Assembly: GCA_021413445.1 (NCBI GenBank)
Contig: JAIOQI010000056.1
Span: 5,730 to 69,729, forward strand
Origin: Alphaproteobacteria bacterium
Lineage (GTDB): Bacteria; Pseudomonadota; Alphaproteobacteria; Micavibrionales; UBA2020
Direction of reading: 5' to 3'
Length of the DNA stretch: 64,000 nt
The position numbers and the translations under genes are program-made. The notes under the pieces are model-generated. The model worked only from the letters and a program-made list of their open reading frames with translations. It ran no database searches and had not been told where the DNA came from. Shown here piece after piece: positions 29,301 to 38,936 of this stretch; position 1 is the first letter of the stretch; every line of letters starts with the position of its first letter.

Positions 29301-29428
29301 TCGAAGAGCTGACCAGCGGCACAAAAATCAAGACGGCCGCCGCTTTGACCGCGCCGGAAGCGCCGCCCCCCCCGGCCCCGCCACCGCCACCGCCACCGCC
29401 GGCTGCGCCGGCCAAGGCTGCAAGCTAG
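26369..29428 (+). CDS. icmB: IcmB/DotO (TraU)-type type IVB secretion ATPase with polyproline C-terminal tail
   Basis: About 1020 aa. The N-terminus MGILDGFFKPF...ESFIRLETSDDKTTFAAEDGSLVTLVRVDG resembles the remembered IcmB N-terminus. Walker A AQPGGGKSVLMN. Tail PEAPPPPAPPPPPPPPAAPAKAAS. Start taken at ATG 26369 (the ORF opens at TTG 26339). Confidence 0.75.
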   Translation: MGILDGFFKPFIKALRQPVESFIRLETSDDKTTFAAEDGSLVTLVRVDGSYQLIGDQEYKKIIEDSVIKFGTRFDKPGHAIQVYFVRNYDRIGEEVRRLLRPNQQAAKNIGLEIDDIFAERATHLSNYLAWEEIYFVLWTRPSILSKSDFAREAEGARKRRWIKALDAQYPFAAVEGLRTRQKSFSTAIITALKEMGLRAAEVEVHEAMRIIRANLFQGSMDSEWKPCLPGDPIPARSPEHATDLSELLWPPLRQQLASVSARVINDHIVEMGKYVWGGVDMVLGPQDPLPFPALLNRLSESKTPFRISFLIEGGGVQGMAMQSFLASVLAVTNAENKQVGDSLKGLAVMSRSEPIVKLRISFCTWAPKNNITLLEDRLSTLMQAAESWGYCQVSQLTGDPLDCVMSSALGIACASTAPPGIAPLYEMMKLLPWQRAASPFERGSILFRTPDGRVWPYQTGTNVTTTWFDLIFAQPGGGKSVLMNTLNLGTCLTAGMSSLPFVAVIDIGPSSAGLISLIKDALPPNRRHEAVSFRLQMNQQFAINPFDTKLGMRVPQVTERSFLVELLTLLCTPPGQSDPYDGISQLAGMVVDEMFRWRDDSIANAEPRPYLPRIDQAVDDALRKHEVTLPARAYWWDVVDILFDKDLTFEASLAQRYAMPTLGDAVSAARRPQIRNLLDETSIGASAEGVIHAFERMITSAVREFPILSSVTKFSLAENRICSLDLADVCPQGDATSDRQTAIMYMLARFALVTPWWINEEALAQMPAKYRSYHEARLRSFAETPKRLCYDEFHRTSSSKSVRGQIVRDVREGRKRGIQIVLSSQMLGDFSSDMVDLATGVWVLGTAISDSAVDATQKCFGLTDTARCIIRHKLTGPKAGGAPCLLILGTTDGKYEQHLINTLGPIELWAFSTTAEDVAIRSRLYALLGASAARRLLAVNFPGGSARSEIRRRVTMLSDKGVDPEKATVGAVTDQIVEELTSGTKIKTAAALTAPEAPPPPAPPPPPPPPAAPAKAAS

Positions 29429-29493
29429 GCGGCGGCCTGGAGTTTTGACGGCAGTCCGGCGGTGTTGTTGTTGCTACGGAGAGGAGAGAGGAC

Positions 29494-30054
29494 ATGCCGG
29501 TTTCATATATTGTTCTAGCAATTATTGTTCTTCTTATTTTTGCCGTCGTGGTTATCTATAACGGACTGGTGAAGTTCAAGAACCTTGCGCTGGAGGGGTG
29601 GAGCGGGATCGATGTGCAGTTGAAGCGCCGCGCCGACCTTATCCCTAACCTGATTGAAACCGTGAAGGGCTATATGACGCACGAGCGGGGCGTGCTGGAG
29701 ACGGTAACGGAAATGCGCGCCGCCGCGATGAAAGCGACCGACCCGGCCGGCAAGGGCAAGGCGGAGGGGATGCTTTCCGGGGCGCTCGCCAATTTATTCG
29801 CCGTGGCGGAGAACTATCCGGATCTCAAGGCCAGCCAGAATTTCCAGGAACTCCAGAAGGCCCTTGCCGAGATTGAGGACCAGATCCAGCTTTCAAGACG
29901 CTATTACAACGGCGCGGCGCGCAATCTGAATATTCAGATCCAATCCTTTCCTAATAATTTGATCGCGGGGATGTTCCGGTTTCAGGAAATGAAATATTTC
30001 GAAATGGAAAACTCTGCGGACAGAAACGCGCCGCAAGTGGCTCTCCGGCCGTGA
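29494..30054 (+). CDS. lemA: LemA-family membrane protein
   Basis: 186 aa. N-terminal TM helix and a LemA pattern (YNGLV...RRADLIPNL...ENYPDLKA...RRYYN). Confidence 0.85.
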   Translation: MPVSYIVLAIIVLLIFAVVVIYNGLVKFKNLALEGWSGIDVQLKRRADLIPNLIETVKGYMTHERGVLETVTEMRAAAMKATDPAGKGKAEGMLSGALANLFAVAENYPDLKASQNFQELQKALAEIEDQIQLSRRYYNGAARNLNIQIQSFPNNLIAGMFRFQEMKYFEMENSADRNAPQVALRP

Positions 30055-31787
30055 ATGCGTTCAGGTTAGCCCTGGTTTTAGCCTTTCTATTGCTCATTCC
30101 GGCAACCCAGGCCTTGGCCGGAAGCGAAAAGATAATCAGCTTCAAAAGCTACATTACGATCAGGCCGGACTCGGTTGCGGAGGTGACTGAAACGATCGCT
30201 GTCATGGCGACCGGAGAGCAGATCAAGCACGGCATTTACCGCGACTTTCCGACGACCTATCGCGACAAGCTGGGAAATATTATCGAAGTGGGTTTTCGGG
30301 TAAAAAAAGTCCTGCGCGACAACCGGCAGATACCGTATAGCATTGAATCGCTCTCCAACGGAAAAAGGATTTACCTGGGCGACCCGCATGTCCTGATAGC
30401 GCCCGGCACGTATAGCTTTGTCCTCAACTATGAAGTTGACCGGGAACTGGGGTATTTCAGGGACTATGATGAGTTTTACTGGAACGTGACCGGCAACGGC
30501 TGGGTTTTTCCGATCGACCATGCCGAAGCGACAATCGAGATCCCCACCAACGCAAAGATACTCCAGCAATCCGGCTATACCGGCTATAGCGGTTCCACCA
30601 CGCGCGATTATGCCGTGACGGAGAACAGCGGCGATAAAATCACTTTTGCAACGACCCGGGGCTTAGGTCCGAAAGAAGGCCTGACGGTGGCAGTCGGCTG
30701 GCCGAAAGGCTTTGTCAAAGAGCCGTCCGCCCTTGATGGAATAATATTTCTTGTCAGGGACAATGCCGGTATCGCCTCGGGTCTGGGCGCTTTCTTCCTG
30801 CTGCTGATGTATTATACCGCCATCGTATGGAGGGTGAAAGCAAATGAGCCGCTAAAAACGGTTATACCCTTATTTGCCCCGCCCAAGGATATCCCGGTGG
30901 CCGCAGTGAGTTACATTTATCACAAGGGCATCGACGATAAAACGCTGCCAGCGACGATCATCAGCATGGCCGTCAGCGGGTATTTAAAAATTACGCAGCA
31001 AGAGGGCATAAGAAGTTTTTCCGGAATGGTGAATATACCGGGCCAGTTCCTGCTTGAGAAAAGCAAGTCTCCCGCCGTGCTGCCCGATATTGAAAAAATG
31101 ACCGGTGATGCGCTGTTCAGCGAAGGGGATGCCCTGGCCCTGAAGAAAAGCTATTGCGGGATTTTACAGCGCGCCATGCAGAAACTGACAGCAGGATTGC
31201 AGGCTGATTTCCGGGACGGTTATTTTTGCGATAACTCCCTGTTTATCAAAGGCGGGCTTGCCTTCACCCTATTGTCAGGCATCGTTGTCTTTGCCCCGGC
31301 GCATTGGGCGGTGACGCCATTACCCGCCATCATCATCGTGCTGACTTTTTTGCTGAACGGATTCTTCCGGCGGCGCGTAAAATCATATACCAGCCGGGGC
31401 AAGGATGTGGCGACGGAGATAGAGGGGTTCAAGATGTTTCTCTCCGTCACGGAGACAGAGCGCTTCAACCTGCTCAATCCGCCGGAGGTCACGCCCGAGC
31501 TGTTCGAGAAATATTTCCCTTATGCGGTCGCCTTGGGGGTTGAAAACAAGTGGGGCGATAAATTCAGCAGCCAGTTGATGGCGAGGGGCCGGGATCCGCA
31601 GAGCTACCATCCACGCTGGTACGGCAGCCCTCACCCCCTGTCTCTGAGCCAGTTATCGTCCAATCTTGGCAGCGGACTCTCCTCCGCCATTTCCTCATCT
31701 TCTTCGCCCCCTGGCAGGTCTTCCGGCAGCCGCGGCGGCGGCTCTTCCGGCCGCGGCGGAGGCGGTGGAGGCGGCGGGGGTTTTTAA
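30051..31787 (+). CDS. DUF2207-family membrane protein with Gly-rich tail
   Basis: 578 aa. Signal peptide, extracytoplasmic N-domain, several TM helices and a C-terminal SGSRGGGSSGRGGGGGGGGGF. GTG start overlaps the lemA stop. Confidence 0.7.
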   Translation: MNAFRLALVLAFLLLIPATQALAGSEKIISFKSYITIRPDSVAEVTETIAVMATGEQIKHGIYRDFPTTYRDKLGNIIEVGFRVKKVLRDNRQIPYSIESLSNGKRIYLGDPHVLIAPGTYSFVLNYEVDRELGYFRDYDEFYWNVTGNGWVFPIDHAEATIEIPTNAKILQQSGYTGYSGSTTRDYAVTENSGDKITFATTRGLGPKEGLTVAVGWPKGFVKEPSALDGIIFLVRDNAGIASGLGAFFLLLMYYTAIVWRVKANEPLKTVIPLFAPPKDIPVAAVSYIYHKGIDDKTLPATIISMAVSGYLKITQQEGIRSFSGMVNIPGQFLLEKSKSPAVLPDIEKMTGDALFSEGDALALKKSYCGILQRAMQKLTAGLQADFRDGYFCDNSLFIKGGLAFTLLSGIVVFAPAHWAVTPLPAIIIVLTFLLNGFFRRRVKSYTSRGKDVATEIEGFKMFLSVTETERFNLLNPPEVTPELFEKYFPYAVALGVENKWGDKFSSQLMARGRDPQSYHPRWYGSPHPLSLSQLSSNLGSGLSSAISSSSSPPGRSSGSRGGGSSGRGGGGGGGGGF

Positions 31788-31850
31788 TGCGGGATGCCTG
31801 CTTCTTTGCCCTTTCGACGCTGATAATTCCCGGCAGTCTTTACAAGCTAG

Positions 31851-31884
31851 AAAGAATATGTGTAGATAAAGAATATGTGCAGAT
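31851..31884. repeat. tandem 17-bp direct repeat upstream of the REC-EAL gene
   Basis: aaagaatatgtgtagat / aaagaatatgtgcagat (1 mismatch), followed by a related gaaatatgg. Candidate response-regulator binding site. Confidence 0.5.
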
Positions 31885-32013
31885 TTGAAATATGGATCTA
31901 TTACTCCGCGGATCGAATTAAAGAAATAAAGCAAGTATAAGAAATCAAAGAAAAATCTCCTGCGCGCATAGCTGCTGATCGATACGGGCAATATGTAAGG
32001 AAGAGGGGGAGGG

Positions 32014-33231
32014 GTGATGATCGCGAGCGGATTGAATTTTCTGGTGATAGATGATGATGACTTTCTGCAGCTGGCCACCAAAAATATGCTGCGTTCGTTT
32101 AATGCCGCCAAGATATTGGCGGCTCCCAATGGCATAAAAGCATTAGAGATACTGCAGGTGTCGAATGCTGAGCCGATAGATATAATCCTCTGCGACCTGA
32201 ATATGCCGGGGATGGACGGCATGGAGTTTCTCCGCCATTTGGGCGAGTCGCACTACGACGTCTCGGTCATTGTCGTCAGTTCGCATGACGATGCGCTGAT
32301 TGCCGCAGTCAAAAAGATGGCGCTGGCATACGGTATCAGGCTGTTGGGGTCCATACAGAAACCTATTTCACGGGCACAGCTTGAAGCCCTTATTTTGCAG
32401 CACAAATCCGCGCGGCCCAAGACGCCGCCCACGGCTGCCGCTGCGCCGGTCTTTACGCTTGAGGACATCTTGCGGGGCGTAGAGGAGCGGCTGTTCGAGC
32501 CCTTCTATCAGCCCAAGATAGAGTTTAAAACCGGGCTTATCAGCGGTGCGGAGGCGCTGGCCCGCTGGATTCATCCCCGGCATGGCGTCATCGCTCCCTA
32601 TGCCTTTATAAGGGCCCTTGAGACGAGCGGGAATATCGACGGGCTTACTTTCCTGATCCTGGAAAAAGCCTCCGCCGCCTGCCGCTTATTACACGATAAA
32701 GGCCATGCGATCCCCATTTCGGTCAATTTATCGCTGACATCGCTCAGCAACCCCGCGCTGGCGGACAAGATCACGCGGGTGGTGCGGAATGCGGGCATTG
32801 ACCCGCAGTATATCATTCTTGAAGTGACCGAATCTGCGACCATGACCAATGTCGCCCCCGCTTTGGAGAATCTGGCGCGTTTGCGCATGCACGGCTTTGG
32901 CCTGTCCATTGACGATTACGGCACGGGGTCTTCCAGCCTGCAGCAGATTACGCGCATCGCCTTCAGTGAACTGAAGATCGACCGGTCTTTCGTGAACGAT
33001 TGCTCCAACAACAGGGAGCTGTCTGTCGTCGTCAGGTCGAGTATCGAAATGGCGCACAAACTGAAAATCAAGTGCATCGCCGAGGGGGTGGAGACGCGGC
33101 AGGATTGGGAGACGCTGAAGGGGATGGACTGCGATACGGCGCAGGGCTATTTTATCGCCAAGCCGATGAACTTGGCGTCGTTCCTCGAGTTTTGCGCCGG
33201 ATATTCTCCGGAAGCTCTCCTTGCCCCTTGA
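32014..33231 (+). CDS. response regulator receiver + EAL domain (c-di-GMP phosphodiesterase)
   Basis: REC motif DIILCDLNMPGMDGMEF. EAL motifs EALARW, EVTES, DDYGTGSSSL and KIDRSFV. Confidence 0.85.
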   Translation: MMIASGLNFLVIDDDDFLQLATKNMLRSFNAAKILAAPNGIKALEILQVSNAEPIDIILCDLNMPGMDGMEFLRHLGESHYDVSVIVVSSHDDALIAAVKKMALAYGIRLLGSIQKPISRAQLEALILQHKSARPKTPPTAAAAPVFTLEDILRGVEERLFEPFYQPKIEFKTGLISGAEALARWIHPRHGVIAPYAFIRALETSGNIDGLTFLILEKASAACRLLHDKGHAIPISVNLSLTSLSNPALADKITRVVRNAGIDPQYIILEVTESATMTNVAPALENLARLRMHGFGLSIDDYGTGSSSLQQITRIAFSELKIDRSFVNDCSNNRELSVVVRSSIEMAHKLKIKCIAEGVETRQDWETLKGMDCDTAQGYFIAKPMNLASFLEFCAGYSPEALLAP

Positions 33232-33239
33232 GCCGGCCC

Positions 33240-35723
33240 CTACGTCTTGTCGCCGGACAAAGCGGCGAGGAGGCCGCTCTTGACTTCATCGTAGGCAGCC
33301 TGGATTTTATCCAAAACGGCCTGACGCTCTATAGCGGCAGCGTTCTCCATTTTCCGGGCCTGTTCACACAGGGCTCTCAACTTTTCAGCCTTGAGCGTGG
33401 CAGCGCCGCCTTTCAGCTTATGCGCGGCTTCGGCCCAGGCTTGGTTATAACCGTCGCTGCAATTTTCCCTGAGCTCATTCAGGTTTTCCTCGGTCTCCTG
33501 CGTGAATACCGTGACGAGTTTGCGCATGTCGGCCTCGTTATCGGCGAATTCCCTGAGCGCCGCAAGGCCGCCGGAAGGCGTACCCGCCGATACCGACGAT
33601 TTCTCCCCGGCGCCTGTATCGTCGTTTTCGCCTGGGAAAGTTATCCACCGGCTCATGATATGCCGCAATTCGTCCGGGTTAATCGGCTTGCTGATGTAGT
33701 CATCCATACCGGATAACAGGCACCGTTCCCGTGTTCCCGCCATGGCATCCGCCGTCATGGCGATGATCGGTATATGACGGCTGGTCCCTTTTTCCCCGGC
33801 GCGAATGCTATCGGTCGCCTCATATCCGCTCATCACGGGCATATGGCAGTCCATCAGGATCAGGTCATATGCCTTTTTACCCAGGGTATCTACAAGCATC
33901 TTGCCATTGTCGGCAATATCACAGTCCTTGAACCCCAGTTGAGGGAGCAGTCTTTTTATGTAGGCTTGGTTAAGCGGGTGATCCTCCCCCACCAGAATCT
34001 TGACATCTTCCGCTTTTCTTCTTTCTTCCGGAGGAAGCTGACGGGCGTTTTCGTATTGAAACAAGATCTTGTCTATTTCCGGCCTGACCTCGGATGTCGG
34101 GAAGGTAATGGTAAACCAGAAACGCGACCCTTTTCCGAAGGCGCTTTCAACACCTATTTTTCCGCCCATATTCTCGACCAGACGCTGGGCGATGCTCAGT
34201 CCCAGGCCTGTACCGCCATATCTGCGCGTGATTGAGGAATCCACCTGCGCGAATTCCTCAAAAATATTGTCCAGCTGGTCTTCTGGTATGCCAATCCCCG
34301 TGTCTGTTACGCTGCATTTCAGTATCATATGCTTCGGGTCGCCAGGATCAGGAAGGCATGAAATATCGATCACGACGGATCCTTTTTCTGTGTATTTTAT
34401 CGCATTTCCGACAAGATTGACCATGATGCGTCCCAACCGCATGGGGTCGCCAATAAGATAAGGCGGGTGATCTGCAGGAAAGTTGCATCTTAACGATAAG
34501 CCTTTCTGGTGGCATAGAGGCAGAAAGACTTCCATGACGTTGTTTACCACTTCCTCCAGCGCAAAAGTTACCTTCTCAAGCAGAAGAGCCTCTGCCTCGA
34601 TTTTTGATAAATCCAGAATATCGTTGACGATATTCAAGAGGTTGTTAGCGGCCCGGTATGCAATACCGATCATTTCTCTATGATCTTCTGCAACATTTTT
34701 GTCCTCGTAAATCATGCGGTTCAGGCCGATAATGCTGTTCAGCGGCGTCCTGAGTTCATGCGACATATTGGCGAGAAATTCTGATTTGACCTTACTGGCT
34801 TTTTCAGCGGCTTCTTTTTCTTTTTGCAGCCGCTCCTCCGCATAGAACCTCTTCTGGTCGGATTCTTCCATTAAGGCCGCACTCCACCAGATTAATACGG
34901 TAAAGAAAAAGATGTTAAGCAAAACAAAAAGCGACAGTTCCCTTATCTGGTCTAAGGCACCCGCACGCCGCGCAAGATATTCCAGCCAGAATAGGCCTGC
35001 TGGTATGATGATCGCCATGGGTAAAAGCCTGCGGGCCTGAACACCGCCTGCACCCGTGCCGCTTATAACGGCAATTATCCCACGGTCCGGGCGTGCGCAA
35101 AGAATGGCGGTGTTCACAAGAAAAAAGGCAACTGCAGTATTCAGGGCCATCGGGATATCAGTATATTTCATGTCGGACAGCATCATAAAACTGTAAGCAT
35201 AACTAATCATGGTCAGGAGCGCTATGAACCCGCTTCCCAAGGCTAAAAACTGGGCTGGCCAGAAACGGCCGACTTTAATATCAAGAAGCTGCAGGGAGAA
35301 ACTGACGAGAAGAAAGGTTACAGCAGTATTGAGTTCCATCCGATTAGGATAACCAGCGAACAATGCTGCCTGATTCAATTTATCCAGAAATAACATCTGC
35401 TCCGGGCCGCTGCCCCAAAGGAACAGGTCGCTGCAAAGACGCGTCAAAGCAATAATAAGAACTACATAGGCAGCGGCGCGGCCGAAAAGGCGCATGCCCC
35501 GGTTCTCCAGTTTGATTTGTTGCGCCAGAAGGGATATGCCTGTGAATAAAAAAGCCAGCGCCGTGCCGCTCGGATTCATTGCCGTCGCCCCGGTTTTTAG
35601 CGCAATGATATTAAATTCCCATCGCACAAACACGATGCAGCTTATAAGGATCAAGACAATGCTTGCTGCTTTCGCATAGTGCGAAAACCTGGTCAGCATA
35701 TATTGATGGTATAGTTGAGGCAC
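33240..35723 (-). CDS. hybrid sensor histidine kinase (multi-TM sensor, HisKA-HATPase, REC, HPt)
   Basis: 827 aa. H-box NMSHELRTPLNSIIG, REC DLILMDCHMPVMSGYE and HPt HKLKGGAATL. Confidence 0.85.
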   Translation of the reverse strand: MPQLYHQYMLTRFSHYAKAASIVLILISCIVFVRWEFNIIALKTGATAMNPSGTALAFLFTGISLLAQQIKLENRGMRLFGRAAAYVVLIIALTRLCSDLFLWGSGPEQMLFLDKLNQAALFAGYPNRMELNTAVTFLLVSFSLQLLDIKVGRFWPAQFLALGSGFIALLTMISYAYSFMMLSDMKYTDIPMALNTAVAFFLVNTAILCARPDRGIIAVISGTGAGGVQARRLLPMAIIIPAGLFWLEYLARRAGALDQIRELSLFVLLNIFFFTVLIWWSAALMEESDQKRFYAEERLQKEKEAAEKASKVKSEFLANMSHELRTPLNSIIGLNRMIYEDKNVAEDHREMIGIAYRAANNLLNIVNDILDLSKIEAEALLLEKVTFALEEVVNNVMEVFLPLCHQKGLSLRCNFPADHPPYLIGDPMRLGRIMVNLVGNAIKYTEKGSVVIDISCLPDPGDPKHMILKCSVTDTGIGIPEDQLDNIFEEFAQVDSSITRRYGGTGLGLSIAQRLVENMGGKIGVESAFGKGSRFWFTITFPTSEVRPEIDKILFQYENARQLPPEERRKAEDVKILVGEDHPLNQAYIKRLLPQLGFKDCDIADNGKMLVDTLGKKAYDLILMDCHMPVMSGYEATDSIRAGEKGTSRHIPIIAMTADAMAGTRERCLLSGMDDYISKPINPDELRHIMSRWITFPGENDDTGAGEKSSVSAGTPSGGLAALREFADNEADMRKLVTVFTQETEENLNELRENCSDGYNQAWAEAAHKLKGGAATLKAEKLRALCEQARKMENAAAIERQAVLDKIQAAYDEVKSGLLAALSGDKT

Positions 35724-35826
35724 GGCCTATCCCTGAATAAGATTCAAAATACAACGGTTGATTATACGAACACCATGATAAAGTACCAATGGGGAGTATT
35801 CAGTTGAAGGATTGAAGCGCAATAGC

Positions 35827-35877
35827 TTTCCATATGGGGTGGGTGACGGGTTTGAACCGCCGACCTTTGGTTTACAA
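35827..35877 (-). repeat. duplicated 3' half of tRNA-Thr plus flank (att-like direct repeat)
   Basis: tttccatatgg...gtgacgggtttgaaccgccgacctttggtttacaa matches 38928-38978 (27 nt identical in a row), then diverges exactly at the anticodon loop. Confidence 0.7.
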
Positions 35878-36209
35878 GGCGACTTGACATAGCATCGGCG
35901 AAGTTCGCTAGGTATCGTGAAGTATCGCTAGTCTCATGATCGGACTCGGTAATCTCGTCTCTTCCAGGTTCGTGGAGTTTCGGAGCGTTTCGCTGAAAAT
36001 CGGCCTTTTCGTTACCCCGGCGTTACCCTGAGATAGCGAGGATGCTGACGTGAAATTGAAGCCCTGATTCCCGTAGCGTTTTTTGAGTAAGGCATACTTG
36101 AAGGAATTCAAAAGTTACTCCCCATTTCTCTGTGAATTCATTTGGTTACTGTATTTAAACTGCGGTAGAGTTGTTTATCAGAACATAGAATGGCCAATCA
36201 GGGTGCGGC

Positions 36210-38897
36210 ATGACAAAACTCTCGACGTTGAAAAACAAACTGGTGGTGACCACGGCGCTGGCGGCGTCGTTGCTTGGCGGCTATGGCCGCAGGGCTTATG
36301 GCGCGTGTAGCGTCACGGTATCGCCGAGCTATTCGTGCAGCGGCGGCGCCAATATTACGACGCAAACCATCGCCGCTGATAATGCAGTTGTTTCTACGGT
36401 TGCAGGTTTCGGCGTCATCACCCCTTCCGGTAATGCCATTACCATCACCGGTGACGGCATCGGCACTGACGATGGCGCGCTCAGCTTTACGGATATTTTT
36501 TCTTCGACTATAACGGGAAAAAATAACGGCCTGTATATGAGGGTGAATGGAGACAATGGCGCCACACTTGGCTCTATAACGATCGATATAAACAGCACCA
36601 TCACCGGTCTAAGCACGTTAGGCACTGGTATCGATGCCCGCAACGCTGGCGGCAGCGGCGCGCTCACGATCACCGCCAATGGCGATACCACAGGAGGCAT
36701 TCGTGGAATCTATGCTTCCAATGCCAACAAAAGCACCGGCGCCCTCACCATCACCACGGGGGTGGGCAGCACAGTCACAGGTCTCGGCGTCGACAGCATC
36801 TCTGCCCGCAACAGCGGCAGCGGCGCGTTGTTGCTCAACATTGGGGGCGATGTTACAGGCTACGGCAACGGCATCAACTCCCGCAACTATGGCACCACTC
36901 TCACTGTTATCACAGGGACAGGCACAGAGGTTAGGGGCGCTTCTGCCCGCGGCATATATGCCCGCGACTTCGGTAGCGGTGCGCTCACAGTCACCGCTAA
37001 TGGCAATGTTACGGGTTATACTCACGGCATCTTTGCCCGCAACGCCAATGGCGGCAACCTCGTCATCACCACGGGGGCTGGCTCGGTCATTACGGGTACA
37101 AGCGCCGCAGGAATCTGGGCCCGTAACGACGGTCCCGGCTTGCTCTCGATCGACGTCGATGGTGATGTTACGGGCCACATCCACGGCATCTTTACCCGCA
37201 ACTACGGCGGCAGCGATCTGGCCATCACCAATCAGGCGGGCGGCGTCATTTCCGGCGCGACCGGCATACATGTCACGGGTGATGCCCTTGCCGGAGGCAG
37301 CATCGACAACAAAGGCACCATCAAGGGGCTCGATGGCACCGCAATCTTCCTGGAGGGCCTGTTGGACCCGATGGAGATCACGGCGGACGGCGGACGGATC
37401 ATTGGCGATGTGCAGGATGCCAATTATGCCTCCGGGTTTTCCACCGTAAAGGTCATCAACAATTTCACTACCGAGGGCAATTTCCTGGTCAGCGACCTGA
37501 CTGTTGACTCCGGCAAGATTTTCACCGTCAGCGCCGGAAACCAGATTATTCTGGATACCATGTCGAAAAGCGGCGGCGCGGACAATGCCGTGTTCAATAT
37601 CGGCGTCACAGATGACCTTACTTTCGGGAAGCTGGTGGTCACCAGCGATAACGTGGATTTGACTAAGGTCGATATCACCGTCAAGGTCACGCCCGTTGAC
37701 TCTTTATCCGATGGCGCTGCGATGCTGATTATGGATGGCGCCGCCCCCATCACCGGTGGCCCGGGCGGCACATTGACAGCCGTGGAAGACGACTCTCCGT
37801 TCTGGGATTTCTCCATTGTGGACGGAACTTTTGGGGATCTGGCGGGAGATAACTCCGATCTTTACCTGATTGCCGGCGCCGCCCTGTCTGATGATACTCT
37901 CGCTTCCCTGCTGCCGGGGGCTGACATCCCCGCACAGGCGTTGACCATGGATTTAACCACTCAGGGGTATGATATTGTCGAGGGGCAGATCAGTGCGCTG
38001 CGCTCCGGCGAAGAGATGAGCGGGATGTCGGCCGGGGTCTCGGCCAACGGGGTGAGCGCATGGCTGCAGACTTTCGGCCAGACCGCAAAACAGGATGAAC
38101 ACGGCGGCGTTGCCGGATATGACTCCGACACGCTGGGGGTTATGGCAGGCGCGGACTCCACCGACCTGATCAGTGACGGTGTGCTGGGTGTTTCCTTCAA
38201 CTACGGCAGGATCCATGCCGAATCCAAAAATATCAATACCACCGAAACTGACATCGACAGCTATGGCTTTATCCTTTATGGCAGCCGCAAGCTGGGCAGC
38301 GAGACGTTCATGGATGCCCAGCTCGGCTATGCCTGGAACGAGATCGGCAGCGAACGCCACGATGTCGGCGGTCCGGGCGCGACGGCGAGTGCCGATTACA
38401 GCAGCGGTCAGTATTCGGCGAAACTGCTCCTAGGCCGCGATTACCTCGCCGATAATCTGCCCGGAGCGGTGCTGACACCCACCGTTTCGGCTGCATATAC
38501 CCACCTGAAGACGGAGGGCTATACTGAAACCGGCGCCCCCGGCGCCCTTGCCGTTGGCAGCGAAAACTTCAACCTGCTCAAGCTGGGTATCGGCGCCAAT
38601 GCGGCGTGGAAACTGCAGAATACCGAAGGCAGCCTGATGAAGCCGATGATCCGCGCCGGTTATGCCTACAACGCCATCAACGACAAAGTCGAGACGACCG
38701 CCAGCTTCGCGGGCGATCCGTCCGGCACGACTTTCAGCGCCAGCGGCCCTTCCCCGGCCCGCAGCACCTTCAATGCCGGGGTCGGCCTGACCTATACCAC
38801 CGCCGCCAATTTCGACCTGTCGGCGAACTATGATTACGTCTTCAAAAGCGACTATCGCTCGCATGCCGGCGTCCTGCGCGCAACGGCGCATTTCTAG
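36210..38897 (+). CDS. autotransporter (type Va) with repetitive beta-helical passenger
   Basis: 895 aa. Signal peptide. At least 6 repeats of the type GSGALTITANGDVTG..GI.ARN. C-terminal beta-barrel ends in the aromatic ...LRATAHF. Confidence 0.85.
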   Translation: MTKLSTLKNKLVVTTALAASLLGGYGRRAYGACSVTVSPSYSCSGGANITTQTIAADNAVVSTVAGFGVITPSGNAITITGDGIGTDDGALSFTDIFSSTITGKNNGLYMRVNGDNGATLGSITIDINSTITGLSTLGTGIDARNAGGSGALTITANGDTTGGIRGIYASNANKSTGALTITTGVGSTVTGLGVDSISARNSGSGALLLNIGGDVTGYGNGINSRNYGTTLTVITGTGTEVRGASARGIYARDFGSGALTVTANGNVTGYTHGIFARNANGGNLVITTGAGSVITGTSAAGIWARNDGPGLLSIDVDGDVTGHIHGIFTRNYGGSDLAITNQAGGVISGATGIHVTGDALAGGSIDNKGTIKGLDGTAIFLEGLLDPMEITADGGRIIGDVQDANYASGFSTVKVINNFTTEGNFLVSDLTVDSGKIFTVSAGNQIILDTMSKSGGADNAVFNIGVTDDLTFGKLVVTSDNVDLTKVDITVKVTPVDSLSDGAAMLIMDGAAPITGGPGGTLTAVEDDSPFWDFSIVDGTFGDLAGDNSDLYLIAGAALSDDTLASLLPGADIPAQALTMDLTTQGYDIVEGQISALRSGEEMSGMSAGVSANGVSAWLQTFGQTAKQDEHGGVAGYDSDTLGVMAGADSTDLISDGVLGVSFNYGRIHAESKNINTTETDIDSYGFILYGSRKLGSETFMDAQLGYAWNEIGSERHDVGGPGATASADYSSGQYSAKLLLGRDYLADNLPGAVLTPTVSAAYTHLKTEGYTETGAPGALAVGSENFNLLKLGIGANAAWKLQNTEGSLMKPMIRAGYAYNAINDKVETTASFAGDPSGTTFSASGPSPARSTFNAGVGLTYTTAANFDLSANYDYVFKSDYRSHAGVLRATAHF

Positions 38898-38936
38898 ACC
38901 AGCTTGTAGCTGGCTGAAACACTGTAGTTTTCCATA

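Noticed and set aside
29350-29425. ccgcc/ccacc-rich stretch as a non-coding tandem repeat or VNTR. The same question applies to the ggcgg-rich stretch at 31730-31787.
   Set aside because: Both lie inside open reading frames and encode poly-Pro (IcmB tail) and poly-Gly (DUF2207 tail). They are treated as coding low-complexity tails.
31851-31884. A CRISPR array.
   Set aside because: There are only two adjacent 17-bp units with no spacers, and no other regularly spaced repeats or cas genes occur anywhere in the window.
35908-36111. 67-aa minus-strand ORF next to the tRNA fragment as an integrase remnant.
   Set aside because: The sequence shows no recognisable tyrosine-recombinase N-terminal or catalytic motifs, so the call cannot be supported without a search.
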